This document shows, piece after piece, positions 37,958 to 54,410 of a stretch of DNA of 64,000 nucleotides (its first letter is position 1; every line of letters begins with the position of its first letter). Source of the DNA: Blastocystis sp. Blastoise (Eukaryota; Protista; Bigyra: Opalinata); contig JBBPEB010000009.1 of assembly GCA_039096225.1 (NCBI GenBank), forward strand, positions 434,001 to 498,000. Direction: 5' to 3'. The notes beneath the pieces are model-generated. The model was given only the letters and a program-made list of their open reading frames with translations, did not search any database and was not told the origin of the DNA. The position numbers and the translations under genes were made by a program.

Positions 37958-40900
37958 ATGTTTGAAGAAGAGATGCAAAAAACAAATTTTCAAGAAAAAC
38001 AAAGTATTCTTTCTATTCATACATACTAATCATAAATATATAATTTTTAAAGTATTATTTATATTATAGGATGAATCAACAATCACAATTTCAAATTCTC
38101 TTCTACAAAAATATCCTAATTCCATGTTTTCTTTGGTATCTATGAATGCTAATGATTTCATAGAAGAATATAAATCTTATTACATTGATCTTTTATGTTT
38201 ATCAATACATAGAACGATCCCATTTATGGAGAATGCAAAAATTCTTGATATTCTGCCTTTAAAAGATGTAATTTCCATTCATTCAGATATGCATTATTTT
38301 TATGGAGATGAATCCTATGAAGATAAGATAAAAATATATGCATTTCTTGGGATTCTTTGAGTATTTTTATTGTGAATAATAATTGTGGACTGTATTTTAA
38401 TTTATAAATATTTATAGAATAAATGAAATCAATGAAATGAAAATAATACGATTTCAACTCATTATTCATGGTATATTTATTTCATTTTATTATTATTATG
38501 TATATGAATGTATAGATATTATAACAGAAGAGAAAAATCAATTATTCTATCAATATTCTCCATTATTTGATTTCTTTAATATTACAATTGTTACTTTAAA
38601 ATGTATAGTATTAGATTTATAAAGCCATTAATTATATATATAGTTGATTTCTCTGAAGATATTCCTTATGAATATATATATCCCTCCAATTTACATGAAA
38701 TATTCCCAAAACTAGAAACATTTCTTATAGAACGTATATTATAATTATTTATTTTATTTATATATGAAGTCATGTTATATATAGCATCTTATTATTCTCA
38801 AAGAAAAGAGATATGTATACCTCCTTCTGATCCTCATTATACTGTATTATATAAAGAATATAAACGACAATATTATCAAACTTATTTTCCAAAAGAATAT
38901 TCTATTTATAGAAAATCAAGAACAGATAAAGAAAACAATTATATACATAACAATTTAATTCATATTTATCCAAAAGAAAAGAAAAAAAAATTTGAATAAG
39001 AAAGAAAATGATATTTCTGACAAAAATATAGATATAGATAAAGAAATAAATGAAGAAAACAATGAAATAAAACCAGATCTATTTGTTATTCTTTCATGCT
39101 ATTCCCGTGATTATGATGCACAACAAATGGAGTTCGAGAAGAAGAATTTATTATTATATAATAATAAATATATTTCTTATATGAAATTTATATTTATCCA
39201 AGATGGAGGTATATATATATATTATATATATTTATATATATAGAACGAGATATACAACATCCAATTGTAGAATATATAATTATAGTTTTTTTGTACTCTA
39301 TATAATTAAATACATTATTTTATTATTAGAATATATATATAATATATAAATATGAATAGTTTTTCGTTATCTTCGTGTTCAACAATACTCTTCTATTTAC
39401 TTCATCTTCCAATAATGAAGCATATTAAACAACTAGTTACTCTTCATATATATATAATAACTATTAAATATATATATATTAGAGAATCCTAGAGTGAAGA
39501 TTCAATTCGATATTCCTCCATTATTAATAACAATTAGAGATGGATTAGTAGATACTATTATTATATTCAATATATTCAATTGTAATATATATAATCTATA
39601 ATACTTATTATTATTATATATATAGTTATTCGACCAGGATCATATCCTGAATATATACAATTATTTAAAGATATTATTACTACTCATGTATTTCCTAATG
39701 CTACTACATTAAAAATAACATGTATATAATATATTTCAATATATTATATAAATAATATTTATAGATTATTCCTATGATTCATATATACCTCTTTTACAAG
39801 AAATATTGCAATTAATAACAAAAAATCATTTTCCAAAGTTGCATATATATGATATCAGTGATATTATTAAAAATGAAATTCATATATATAAAGAAAATCA
39901 TATATTTGTTTTATTTTATGAATCTATAATACAACTAATGGATACTATAATTTATGATAAAGATATATTTGCTAATATCTCAGAGAATATTATGTTGTAT
40001 CCAGAAATATCAGAAGCTATATTGAATACTAATAATTCTAATTATTTTACTATTCAAGGTATATATAAATGGTATTATGAATTATTATACTATATATATA
40101 GGTTCATTTAAATTAAATCTATATGATGTTGTGTGGAATAAGTTATGAATTCTAAAGTCATATACTTTAATAATCTAATTATTGATTGTACATATATTAT
40201 ATCACTATTATTATTATTTTTATATTTAATAATACTATTATTTCTATCTTGTTTTAGTATATGAGATGAAATATACTAGATTTGATATTTCTCAAATAAA
40301 TCTAAAAAAGTGTATAGTTAAATCACTTATTCTTAGTATATATATATTTGTATATATCTATTTGATATAATAGATGCGAATTCATCTCAGTATAAGATAT
40401 TAAATAAATTGAGGAATTGCATGAAAGATATAAATTATAATGAACTTCAAACACTTTTTATTAACTGTATTTGTTTTTTTTTTATTTTCTATTTATTCTA
40501 TTTATTATTCGAATTAATTATGTAATTTTTAGTAAATCCAGATGAAGATGAAGAGTATGAATATGATAGTAATTATGATGATTACAGTGATGATGAAGAT
40601 GAAAATATTTATGTGAATCAATATATTTATGAATATTTCTCATTTTTATCTGTTGGTAACTATAAAAACGTGACTACTTTGTCAATAGGTATGATTATGT
40701 ATATCTTTATATCTATATATATAGAGGATATAACGTTCTATTCTATTCATGGTTATATACAAAACAAAATAAAAGTTGAAACCAAACAAATATTATATCA
40801 TTTCTTCTTCTTGTTTTCTAATAATCTTACTAGAATAGAATTAACTTGAATATCAATCTATATATTATATATATATAAATAGATTGTTTCTTTGTATCCT

Positions 40901-41882
40901 ATGTATTCAATGATTGCTTATCTCTACCTTTACTTGAAAATATCAATTATGTTAAAATATAAATTTGTATAAATTATAATATATATATATTTTTAGTCAA
41001 TTATATATATAGTTCATAAAAATGAATTGAAGGATTTATTGACGAATATATACTCGTTATTTAAGAATAATAAACTGAAAAAACTTCAAACATTGGAAAT
41101 TAGTTATATTTTTAGTATGTTTAACATTTTTATTTACAATATATATAGAAGATAACGATACTTTTGATGAATTATTTACATATATTATGTTATTTAAAGA
41201 AGAATATAGTAGAACTCCTTCTTGTTTCAAACAGATAATACTTAATATTCAAGGTAATTTTTTCATTAATATATTTATATATCTTATATTTATTTCATTT
41301 AATTCTTTATTTGTAATTATTAGTTATATATATCTTTTTATTGTTAAAAATAGATTTATATTTTCATATATATTAATTATATTAGTATTAGAATCTCAGA
41401 ATGAATATACTATTCAAAATATATTCAAATCATTTCCTTCTTTTTCACTTTCTTTTCATAAATCAATTCAACGTGTATCCATGAATAAAATAATGAAAAA
41501 ATATAAAGATATATATATTATATATTGTAAATATATATATAATCAATTAGAGATGGAATATACTAAATTCATTATTCAATTAGATTTATGTATATATATA
41601 ATCTTATTCCACATTATTCAATATATATAGTTATAGAAGATAATCCTTATATGAAGAATATTATAAACTTAATTGCAAAGAATTCTTTTCCTTATTTAAG
41701 AATACTGTACTTATATAACTCATGTATATATTTATATATTATGTTTTATTATATTTATATATAGAGATATAGTGTCTGATTATAGATCTATTTTAGAAGA
41801 TTACAAAAGAAATATAATCCACAACTATCAATTATATATAAATGAGAAAAATAAAGAATATCTAGATTTTTTTAATTGTTAA
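37958..41882 (+). pseudogene. Divergently oriented relative of the 33212-37047 family, with frameshift and stops
   Basis: Shares THVFPNATTL, FPKLH and YYID motifs. Frameshift and stops near 38350-38440; TGA at ~40146. Confidence 0.6.
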
Positions 41883-42169
41883 TAAATAATGTTTTATATA
41901 TTGTTATAAAATTTTGTTTATATCTTAATATTTGTTATTCTTATAAATGAAATAATCTATTAAAAATGCGTTTTTTTAATTAAATTTTTAAACGAAAAAT
42001 CAAAAAAAATATATATAAACAATAATTAAAATAAATACTTCTAAATAATTTAAATAAAAAAATATACAATAAAAAATATAATAGTATATAAAATAAAATG
42101 TTAAAAAGTTAATATATATATAAATATATATTAAAGAAAATTGATATTTTTATATATAAATAATTGTTC

Positions 42170-43746
42170 TTAAGCTCTTCCCCAGACTTCATAATTTTCT
42201 ACTGTAAAAAAATTATAAGAATTAGCATTAGCAGTATTCACAAATAATGAATGTTTTTGAGGAGTATTCACTGTAGTAAATGATTCCGAATTAGTATACG
42301 AATTATTATTAGTAGTATGACAATTATCATTAATAAGTATATCACAGCCACCACCAAATACAGGGCCACAGGAAGAAGAACAATATATACCTCTACCATT
42401 ACCATTATGTATATAGTGAGTAGGAGGAATATTATGTTCATTACTTAATGTAAAGAGAAATTCTTTAGAAGCAGGTTTATCACCTATAGAGAAGAATACG
42501 AAATAATTATGTAAATAAAAAATATATATATACTATTTAAACTATCCCAACTTTGATCTGTATACCCTCCAAATATATTTATATGATTATTATGACCTAT
42601 ATGTTTAATTATAGTTACTGTTTCTCCTTTATCATCACAATATTTATGGAATTCGTTTTTTGAATAATTATGTTCACTTGCTCTATATACATATATATAT
42701 AATAAAATATAAAAAATAACATACCTAAATAATAATTTCCATACCTTTTCTTTACCAAGCCAATTCATAAATGGCTTTGTAAGTTCTTTATCAATAATAG
42801 TTGATTGTTTGTACCATCTTGACATAATTGCTTCTTCGGCTTCTTCTCTTCCTTTATCACCAAATAATTCAACCATTTCTTTCTCTAATAATTCTTTATT
42901 AATATCAATAATCTTTTCTTCTTCTATATCTATAGTTCCATTATTCACATATTCAGTAATATATTCTATATATTCATATTTCTTATTCATATATAAACTA
43001 TCATCTAGATGATTATAATTAATAAAACCATTATCATAATATATAACATATTCATTCCATAAACCATTCTTTATCAAATACTTTTTAATAGTATCATTCT
43101 TATTGCCATTAATAAATAAAGAAACTTCATCTTCTTCTTCATATTTCTTCATCTTTCGATCTCTTCGATCTCTACAATCTATTAATTCTAAAGGAATCAC
43201 TAATCCACAAAATTCAAATAAATTCAATATTTCTAATTGTTCTTCATAAGAAAAAGAATCAAAATCTACTTTCTTTCCATTCAAATAATTAACTAAATAA
43301 TAAACAGAACCATCATTACCTCTATAATCTAGATATATAGATCCATCATTTGTCCTAAGTTCTTTATTACTTTGTTCTTCAATAAAAGAACCTTTTAAGG
43401 CATCTAAAACAGATTTGGATATTTGAAATATAGGACCATTATTCGTAAACAGTATCAAATCCATATCATTATCATTATTATCATCCATATTGACATTCAT
43501 ATCTTCATTATTCTTATCTTCATAAACACATTTCTTTTCAAATTCATTTCTCTCGCCTTCTTTTTCAATATAGCCATCTCCAATATGTTTTATAAGTCTA
43601 TTAATCGACATTCCAGAATGTATACCAAGATTCATTACAGCTGAGAAAACATTAACAACATCTTTCATCAATTCTTCATATGCATTGATATCCTCCTTCA
43701 ATCTATTGAATTTATCAATATCAAATAACACCTTTTCTTTCACCAT
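42170..43746 (-). CDS. BTB-like + TLDc-domain protein (close paralogue of 30096-31637)
   Basis: Identical start MVKEKVLFDIDKFNRLKEDIN, the same TLDc motifs, two introns, and the ending ENYEVWGRA*. Confidence 0.85.
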
Positions 43747-43886
43747 TTTCAATAGCTAATGCAATATATCGCATTAAAAATTTCAAAAAATTTCCCTTTG
43801 AAAACTTTGTTTTGAGAGTTGTAGTTTTTTACAAAAGATTTAGATTTTCACTTAATAACCTACATTTTCACATTATTATATAACCT

Positions 43887-44560
43887 ATGAACTTGTTGCA
43901 ACATTGTGAATATGAATCTATGGTATTAGATTTCCTTTCTGTTGCAAATGAAAAATGGTTTAATCTAGAAATAGTAATTTCGTTATTAAACTATATGTAT
44001 CGAATCATAAACATAGTTTATGAACCAGGAAGCAAAGAAATATTACAATCTGAATACTTCTGGTATAAGATTTGAGAGAGAAATGAGTCAAACTAAAATA
44101 TGTGATTATTTTATCAATGAAGGAGATACTTACTACATTTGTAATACATGCAGCATGTCGCCAAACCTAATATTTTGCAAAAAATGTTGGAATGAAGCAA
44201 ATCATGTTGTATATTTTTTTATTCTTTATGAATAACAAATTAGGGTCATGATTATCATGAAGTATTATGTGAGAATAAAGAATCGTATTGCCATTGTGGT
44301 CTATTCAATATAAAATATGATGGATATTGCGAGAATCATAAAATAATTCATGACCATTTCTTTTCTTCAGAAATGATGGAACCTATGTATATATATAGAT
44401 TATTATAATTATCATTATACTACTTTTATTTATTATTAATGTTTAATTAAATATGATTAGCTCATTACAATGGTATGAAACCTATTGTCATTTCTGTATA
44501 TATGCATTATTTTATTATACAAAAATGTCAAATGATAAATACCGTTTTTTAGTATGATAA

Positions 44561-44604
<44 letters not shown>

Positions 44605-47600
44605 ATAGAAGGCAATATCAATAATGAATTCATTAATTTTATTATGTGAATCAGATTTATCTATATATACATATATATGTACCTTCTTTTCTTCCTCTAT
44701 AGAGGAACATAATTATCTATTTAATATGAAAATAGTCGACATCCATCGTTCATTCTTGACTCTTATTACTATAAAAGATCAAGCACCTTTCACTTTGTTA
44801 TTACTTATTAACTGTTTTATTTGTGAAAATAAAACATATCAAGTATAGTCTTCTAAATCAATAATAATCTAATTATATATTATTATATATAGGACATTTG
44901 TAGATATTTTTTATGTTTGCTTTTTAAAGATCCATCTTTTCTTAATCTGTTTTTTACATTATATCCTTTATTCTTATGGTATTCCAGTATAAACTATTTA
45001 AATTTTGATAGTATATATATATTTTATTATATTATTACTTTTATAAATTAAGTATATATGTTTCATTATTTATGTATTTATAGATCAAATGAATCTAACA
45101 GAATCGTTTTATTTGAATCAAAGTTATGGTTTTTCAATATTATCAAGTTATTTCGATTTTTATGATTTTGATCAATTTAAGAATTCTTCTTTATTTTCTA
45201 TTATTCATATTGCTGCTCTTCCTGATTTATATACATATATAAATGATACAACTAATTATACTCCTCAACAACAGTATTTTAGACTTATTCAGTATATAAT
45301 TAATAAAGTTGTGCATGTAGCAGTTAAGAATGCTTGTATATATATTGTATTTAATTATACTATATATTATATGCTATTACATAGTAATTCAAAATAGCTC
45401 AAGAATATTTATTATAAATATTTTGTTACAGTTGTATTACTGTAATCACAATGTGTTGATGCCCTATATGTATATTGATAAATACACATTAAATATAGAA
45501 AAATCAATTCTTGACACTTTTTTATGTATTCATGTATGTAAATATAATAAATATAATAAATATAGTAAATATAATAGATATTATTAATATATTAAAACAA
45601 TACATAATAAATATAATAAATATAGTCCATCCTATCAGGTGATACTGATAATAGAAATAAATTACTTTATACTACCCTCATAGAATGTGGAGAATATTAT
45701 TCTTTATGTGATACACTTAGAAATCTATTCTATTCTATATATAATGATATTAAGGCTTTTATCCATGTATACTATATTATATATATATTATATTATTATT
45801 GTATATAGAAATCAACAAAAGAAGAGTCAATTACATTATTAACAAATGTTATTACAATATATAATAAGATATTACTTGGTGATATTCGAAAATGTTATAA
45901 TTTAAATCAGAATAATGAATATAATATTGTTCAGATTTTTATTGTTATATTATCCATGATTTTGTATGTTTATATTTAATAATTTTTATTCTCATTTATA
46001 ATCTATATTATTATAATGAAAATAATTATTTTATAACATGAGATATATATATATATAGATCTGAGATTTATAGTTGTTTTGGTGTTTGTAAATTACCCTT
46101 AGAAATTCATTCTACATTATTCTTTATTTATCATATATCATTAAGTCAATTTCTATATATATTTTATTTGATCTCTCTTAATGATGATAATGATGATAAA
46201 AATAATTATTTAGATCTATTTGCTAGTTCAATTCAATATCATTTTTTAAGTATAGCTGAGTATTATGGTATCTTACTTCAAGTATATTATTTATGTACAT
46301 ATTATTTAAATTTAGTTACTTTATTATTATATTTTAATATAAAAATATCTATAGATTCTTCCTCTATATATAAATGAATATGATTCTATGACTTTATTCT
46401 TATGGTATATATACAAGGGATATATTTTTTTAGAAAAGAAAGAAATCTATAAGGATATCAATATGTTATATGATGATATACAAGACTCATATGAGTTATT
46501 CTCTGTAGTAGATATACATAATTATATAAATGAAATATGTCCATTTGTGACATTATATGATGTTATACGTTTATTATTATGTATTCAATATGATCCTTGT
46601 TATACTCTTGATAATTATGTATATAAATATATATCTATTTTTCTTTGCTATATTGAATATATATATAGTTCATTTCAAAGAACAAATTATCATCATTATT
46701 TTTAAACAAACATTCTCCAAATAAAGAAATATCATTAATTCTGAACAGAGATTCAAATGCTTCTATAGACATACCAAGTGTACCAGATGTAAACTATATA
46801 TATATTATATTATACTTATTATATTAATAATATTATAGTATTTGCAATACATAATATATGATTATGTTTTTCAATCTAAATATGATGATCAAACAAAAAT
46901 GTATCATTATTTATTTATTTATTATAAACATTGCTTTCTAGAAGTCGTCTGTTGTATGCTATAAAAACAACTGAGAATCAAAATATATATAATATATATC
47001 TATTTCAATTATTGTTCTTTAAACATGATTATTACCATGATGTATACATAATATATAATATATAATATATAATATATAGAATTACTTGAATAATAATCCT
47101 GATTTGATATATATTCCTTCTTCATGTTCAAAACTAAAGTATATATATATCAATAGTATTATTTACATATTTTATACTATATTTAGGACTTATATTGATT
47201 CTCCATTCTATTTAACTTATATAACATATTACATACAACATATAATGTCTAATGAAAATAAATAATCTATAAGAATAATGGAACTTTTATATCTTCTTTT
47301 CTTTTATATTAAAAGTATATATATATATATATATATATTCATAAAAATATATTATTATTATTAAATATATATATATATATAGATTCCACTATTGATCCAA
47401 TAGAATTATCTAAAAATACAATAATAAATGATGTATAGATATTTTTTATTAATTTAAATATATATAGTTTTTAAATCATAATATAAGTGAAGGAATCACT
47501 ATTTATATTCAGCATTTATCAGCTGTCATTCAGCTATTAATTCAAACTCATAAAAGTTTCAATAAGTATAAAATAATTAATTCTCTTCTATATATATAGA

Positions 47601-50600
47601 TTAATAGAAGAATATGATACAACTAATGCACAAGTAATATAAATATATTACTTATATATTATATATTTATAGAATGATTATATAAAATGTGATCTTATCA
47701 AACCAAGTTTCAATACAGGTATATATATAAATATATTTATATATATACAAATATAAATATATAGATAATATTATATGTGCTGCATGTATGAAAAAAGGAG
47801 GTTTGTTTGTGCTTCCAGTTTATATAAGTAATCAATGTCAACAATGTATATATATGTATTATTATAATATATAACAAGTATTTATGCATATATATATAGC
47901 CGATTCCTATTCATTTCAGTTTATATTAAATAAATTCATGAATAATTTATGTAAATATTTATTTTAATATATATCAAACATATATATATAGAAAATATAT
48001 ATATAAATTTCTCTAGTTAATGATAATCATTCTCAATATTCCACTTCATATTCTATTTATAAGAATTTTTATCGTTGTATTCATAAAAATCCTTTTCAGA
48101 AATGGTTTGATTTTAATATTCATGTAATTATTATTAAAAATATTATTATGGAATAAAATGTTATTCTATGTATATACATATATCTAGAGTTGTAATCATC
48201 CTATTCATTATACATGCTTTTCAAATATGAATTCTTCAGAACCATACTTTCTTGTATATAAATCTGCTTATATATATATATAAGAATTGAATAGGAGAAA
48301 GCAATTCCATGTTGTAAATGTGGTCAGTTATATACTTTCGTGATACCTATTCTTGATACTAGTAGTATATATGAAATATAATAATAGTACTATAATATTA
48401 TTTATAGTGTTTTATCATAATGTTACTAAAAAAGAAGAAGAAGCTATATATGACAAATACAAGTCTATATATAATGTATTATTATTATTTTATTAAATAT
48501 AATGTTATATGGATATAGAATATTATTAGTTCATCCTCATATTATGATTTAACATGTTCAGTAATTTTTATTATTATTATACTTAATATATACATGTATA
48601 TAATTACATATTATCTAGAATAACCCAAAAGATATAGACATAAGTTTTTATGTAGCTATTTTATCATTTTCTGGAATTTATCTTCCAAGAAATAGCAGAC
48701 TTTACGTATATAATTTATAAATAGTCAATATATATATATGTATAGAAATCGATGATATGTGACTTATTTCCAGAATCTATTCTTTCATCTGAATATTTCT
48801 CTCGATGTATATATATATAACTATATATATAATATTATAAATTAATAGTTTCATTATTAACAATGAATCAACAATATCAACTTTTATATACTCGAAACTT
48901 CATATTTATTCTTCTCAGAATTCTTCTACATGTATGATAACATATTCATAATTATTCATTTACTCTTATTTGAATTATAAGTCTTATCATTCTTTTTTAT
49001 TACATTATTATATAAATATATATAGTCTGGCTATATTCCATCACATTGTCTTTCTAATAGTACATTTCCTCATTTCCATGCTTATTCTACACAATTATAC
49101 ATTTCGATAAATGGCCTATGTCAAAATGGTACTGAATTGACAGATCCATATGTGTGTCAGCATCCTATTAAACATTTAAATAAAACTTTAGAATATACAT
49201 TTGATATACATTTACGATTAATTGAAGATCTATTAAAGTTTTATTATTTATGGAATGATAAAACATTATATAATAGAGAGAAAGAGAAAGAGAATATTCA
49301 GAGAGATCGAGAAATATTATATGTTGATGAAAATGAAGTTGCGTTTAAATATATTAATATACCTATAGATGATTATTATAAAGAAGAATATCAACAATAT
49401 ATCCAAGATATGAAGAATAGTAAAGATATATATTCTGAATATATAAAAAAATTGTCAACAACTCTTCCTTTTCCTATGTTTAATAAAGAACATAAACATT
49501 CTATTTTTGATTATGATCAATATGGATATATATTTGAAAGGTATAGATTTCGTTATATAAATATACTTCATTGTAGAAATACTATATTACAACCTTCAAT
49601 TAACAATAAAATTCGTACTCCTTATGATGATTTTAATAATATATTTATACATAATTTAGAAATTAATACTTGTGAAATTGATAAATATAAATTAGATCAT
49701 GATATAAAAGATATAGATATTCAATCAAAGCTAAAAGATACTGAATATGTTTTTATTGAAAACTCTAATAATAATGATTTCTATTTAGATATTTTACAAC
49801 AAATGATGGAAGATCTTTATTTATATTATGAAGATATAATGTGTAACAATAAACAAAGTAATATACGATATATATATTTACTTATAGCAAGTATATTCAA
49901 AAATTTACCTAATTATGATGATTCTATTTATCCACTTGAAATTTCAACTGCATACCCTCGGTTATTGTTATTGTATACAAAACCAATTGGATATCATGAA
50001 ATTATCAAGTATTGCTATGTGATGGAAGATCTATTATTATTTAAACCTTTATTAACTCAAATGACTCAAAATTATATGTCTATTTTTTCAGAAGAATCAT
50101 TATTATCGATTATTAATAATAATTCTTCAAGCTTATCTAAACAAGATTCAAATAATAACAATAATAAGTTATTACAATGTATTAATATATCAACTATAAT
50201 TAAGAAAGACTGTTCTACTTCTATTGATATTACTAGTGATGATTATTATTATTTTATTTATTTCTATTTAATTATTACAATTCATATAGAACTTTCAAAA
50301 TTTACTATTTTAAATGATCCTAAATATCAATATAATCCTGATTATCCAATTATTTGGGATCAAAATGAAACAATGAATATACAAAAAACAAATAATACAA
50401 CGAATAATATAGATGAAAACAAAAATGAAGAAGGAAAAGAATCAAGTGAAGTAATAAAAGAAAATGAGATGAACTTTGAATCATCGAACTCATATAATAA
50501 TTTCTTTAATCCTTTAAAAATATTATTCCTTCAGTTGACACCAAAAGTATTTTCAGATGCATATATAAATTATTATAATACTCGAAAATATCCTTTTTTT

Positions 50601-52852
50601 ATACAGAATGATTATTCTTCATTTTTAAATTTGGTAACTAATTATGTGGAAAATCAAACATTTAGGTTTAAATCATATCATAAGATTCCATTATATTATT
50701 CAACTATAGAAATATCTTCAAAAAGTATTCTTGAATATTTACAATTGTTCTTTGAAATCTATGATATTGATACTAATGTATTTAATAGTTATAATTTCAT
50801 AAATCAATTCTTAATTCAAAAATTATCATTTAAACAACTTTTATCATCATATACTATTGATCCATGTATATATATATCAATTATAATTACATATTTCTAT
50901 ATATATTTTTTATATGTTTAATAATATTCTTTATAGTATTTGTTGATTATCAGTGTATATTAATTGGTTTGCTTGCTTTATATTCAGAAACTGGTCCATC
51001 TTATATACATGAACTTAATTTATGTTCAATAGGATCACCTAATTCTGACGCTGTAACTAATAATACTCTTGCAAATGATATCAATTCATTTAAATCTATT
51101 AATGGAGAAATTAAAAATTATCTAAAAACTAAATTAGAATATAATCATCCATATTTATCAGATCATAATTTAAATCAATTAACATACAGATCAATCATTA
51201 TTAAACCTAGAAATATAGCTAAGGAATTTATTAGTTATTTATTTTGTCATTTTCCACTTGGAAATAATAATGGTAAGTGATTTTTATTTTTTCTTTCTTA
51301 CATATATATATATATAGAAATGACAATTTTATTATATAAACATTTCAAAGAATTATATCCAGTTATGTATAAGAATAATAAATTAATTATTTTACTTCAA
51401 TTATTGGTACTTATTCTTCATAAAGATTGTTGTAAATATAACTATAAATATATATTTTATCTATATTATTTTATATATAGTAAAATATTTATTTTATTAC
51501 TATCAAAAAGCTCTTGAATCTGATATATGTATAGTTTTAATTATAATTTTTATTATTAATATATAATATATATAGTTGATTTTCAACGTGAATTAGATGG
51601 AAATGGTAACATTGATGAAGATATTTTCACATTCTTTTTAATTGTTAAAGAATGGGAAAGACGTGATGTATATGTATATGAAGAGATTCCTTATGAAGAA
51701 GAAATAACGAATATGTTATTAGAAAAAGGAGTATTATAGATATTTTATATTAATACTAATAATTATATATATATAGATTACATATACTGTTCAACAATTA
51801 TCTGTTCCATTTATGAGATCGTTATGTATATATATATATATATAATACACATCATTCTGTAAAATATTCAAATCTATTTCTCTATATATATTTCTATATA
51901 TAGATCTATTAAACCTTATTCTTTCTCCTTCTTTTATTCCTTCTTCTGATATTTCCATTCCTACTTCCTTCTCTTCTTTGTATACATCCATCTCTCTATC
52001 TTCTTCTCCTTCTATTTTATCTCTATTAAAAAAGAAACCATGTGATTTTATTACTAAAGAAGTAATAGATGTACTCAATTTTGATGTATTAAAGTATATA
52101 GAATTGTTTAAAAATATATCAAATTTAAACATTCATATTTTTATAGATTATTTGAAATACCTTACTATTTTTTCATATTAGATTTTGATTTGAGTTTTAA
52201 ACAATGTGAATTCCCACTTTTAAATAAATTAGTATGTTTTCTTTATAATACTATACTCTATTTCATATTTATTAATTAGTTTTATTTATCTGAAAAAGAA
52301 ATAAAAGATCTTTCTTACAATTGTGTTTGCAATCAATGTAATAAAAAGAACAATCAAATGATATGTGTGTGTGTTGCTTGTGGACAAACTGTATACTCTA
52401 TATATAATAATTAATAATAATTGATTTTATATTATTTTTATCATTTTACTAGGTTTGCTATTCGTGTAAGCTAAATAGACAATGTATAAAACAATATTTA
52501 AATGATGACACTAATTTTTGTCATTGTTGTATTTTCATTCAACTATATAGTGGAACTATATATTATTTTGGAAGTGAAAAGTGGTATATAATACTTGGAA
52601 ATCTGTAAGTTGATATATATATTTTTTTAATTATAAACTAATTCTTTCTTTTTTATATATAATACATTATTTACTATTATTCTTTTTTATAGTTTTGATT
52701 TAACACATTCATTATTATTAGAAGATATAGATATAGAAAAAAAGAATGAAAAAGAAATGAAGGAATTAGCTATTCAAGAAATCACTTCACTTTTAAATAG
52801 AAATGATATTAGTCAACGAAATAAATATTTAAATAAGATGTATGATCTTTAA
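43887..52852 (+). CDS. UBR-box E3 ubiquitin ligase (N-recognin, UBR1/2/3-like), many exons
   Basis: UBR box YYICNTCSMSPNLIFCKKCWNEANHVGHDY...YCHCG. Split RING ICAAC...CNHPIHYTC...PCCKC. C-terminal CNQC...VCVACGQTVC. Confidence 0.85.
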
Positions 52853-53781
52853 TTTATATAATATATAATATATATATGTTTTTCTTCTAATTGTTATCTA
52901 TAATTTATTACGATCATTTTATATTAAATACATTCATTTTTATTGTTAATTATCTTACTAAGTATTTTTATCGTTCTTTTTAATAAGCTTTAAATAGAAA
53001 AGAATATATTTTCAAAGTCATATATAATATATATACAAATAATTTAATAATATATATATCTAATATTCAATGGTTAGAATAAAGTATATTCTTTTCACTA
53101 CCTTCCCAATATTTTGTGACTCTTGTGGTGACTTTTTGTGATAGTCACTTTAAGTCACTTTAAGTCTGTTTATTTATGATTCAGTATAACAATATATATT
53201 TTTTCATCAAAAACTATCAAAAGTAACACATCTCTTTGTGACAATTGCGTCGCTGCAAAATAAAATGGGTATTTTGGAAGGCACTGTTTCAAATAAAAAC
53301 ATAATTGACAATAATTAATATATGATTAACATAAGAAAAAATTTGAGATTAAATGAATATATTGATGAATTATATACAAGCACAGATAATAAGAAATAGA
53401 TATATACATATATAATAATTTAAATAAATGAAATATCACTAAAAGAACACATTCAAATGAATTTATTATAAAGACATAGAACAACTACATAGAAATATAC
53501 AATAAAAGAAAGAAAAAGGAAAAACTTATTAAAACAGATAATTACTTAAATTGAAAGAGAGTAGAATTAAATATAAGGATTCATTAATTCATTAAAAAAA
53601 AACTTATAAAGAAGGAAATAAGAAAAAGAGGAAAAAACACGATTTTTAATATATTTGTTATAAATATATATATAAGAAATATAGTACTTGATGAAGAAAT
53701 TTACTTGAATATAATAAAATATTTATATATATAAAGAAAAGAAATAACAGGAGAAGAATATATAATAAGAATTATTCAAAA

Positions 53782-54126
53782 TTAAAGAACATGGCCAATT
53801 AAGTCTTTTTCAGCTTTATACTGATGTTCTAATTGCTGTCTTAATCGTTCATTCTCTTCTTCTAACGCTTTTAGTTTATTTTCAGTCTCTAAAGTGTGTG
53901 TATCCAAACGAGGCTATATATATTATATATTATATTATATATTATATTATATATTATATTATATATTATATTATATATTATATTATATATTATATTATAT
54001 TATATTATATTATATTATATATACAGTATCAGTGACTTCTTTTCTAGTTATATATATAGTATTTCCTTCTACCTTCTTTTCTAATTGACGTATATATACA
54101 CCATAAGAGTCTTTCATATTCTTTTG

Positions 54127-54171
<45 letters not shown>

Positions 54172-54347
54172 TAAAAAATGAATAAGTATAATAAATAGAT
54201 AATCGAATAAATAGAATAATAATAAACTATATATATATATACAGCAAATCGCAGATCTTGTATTTCTTTATCTTTTGAATCTCTTAAATCATTTAATTGA
54301 CGTTGATATTCTCTTTCTATATATGTACATATAAATAAATATATTTA

Positions 54348-54410
<63 letters not shown>

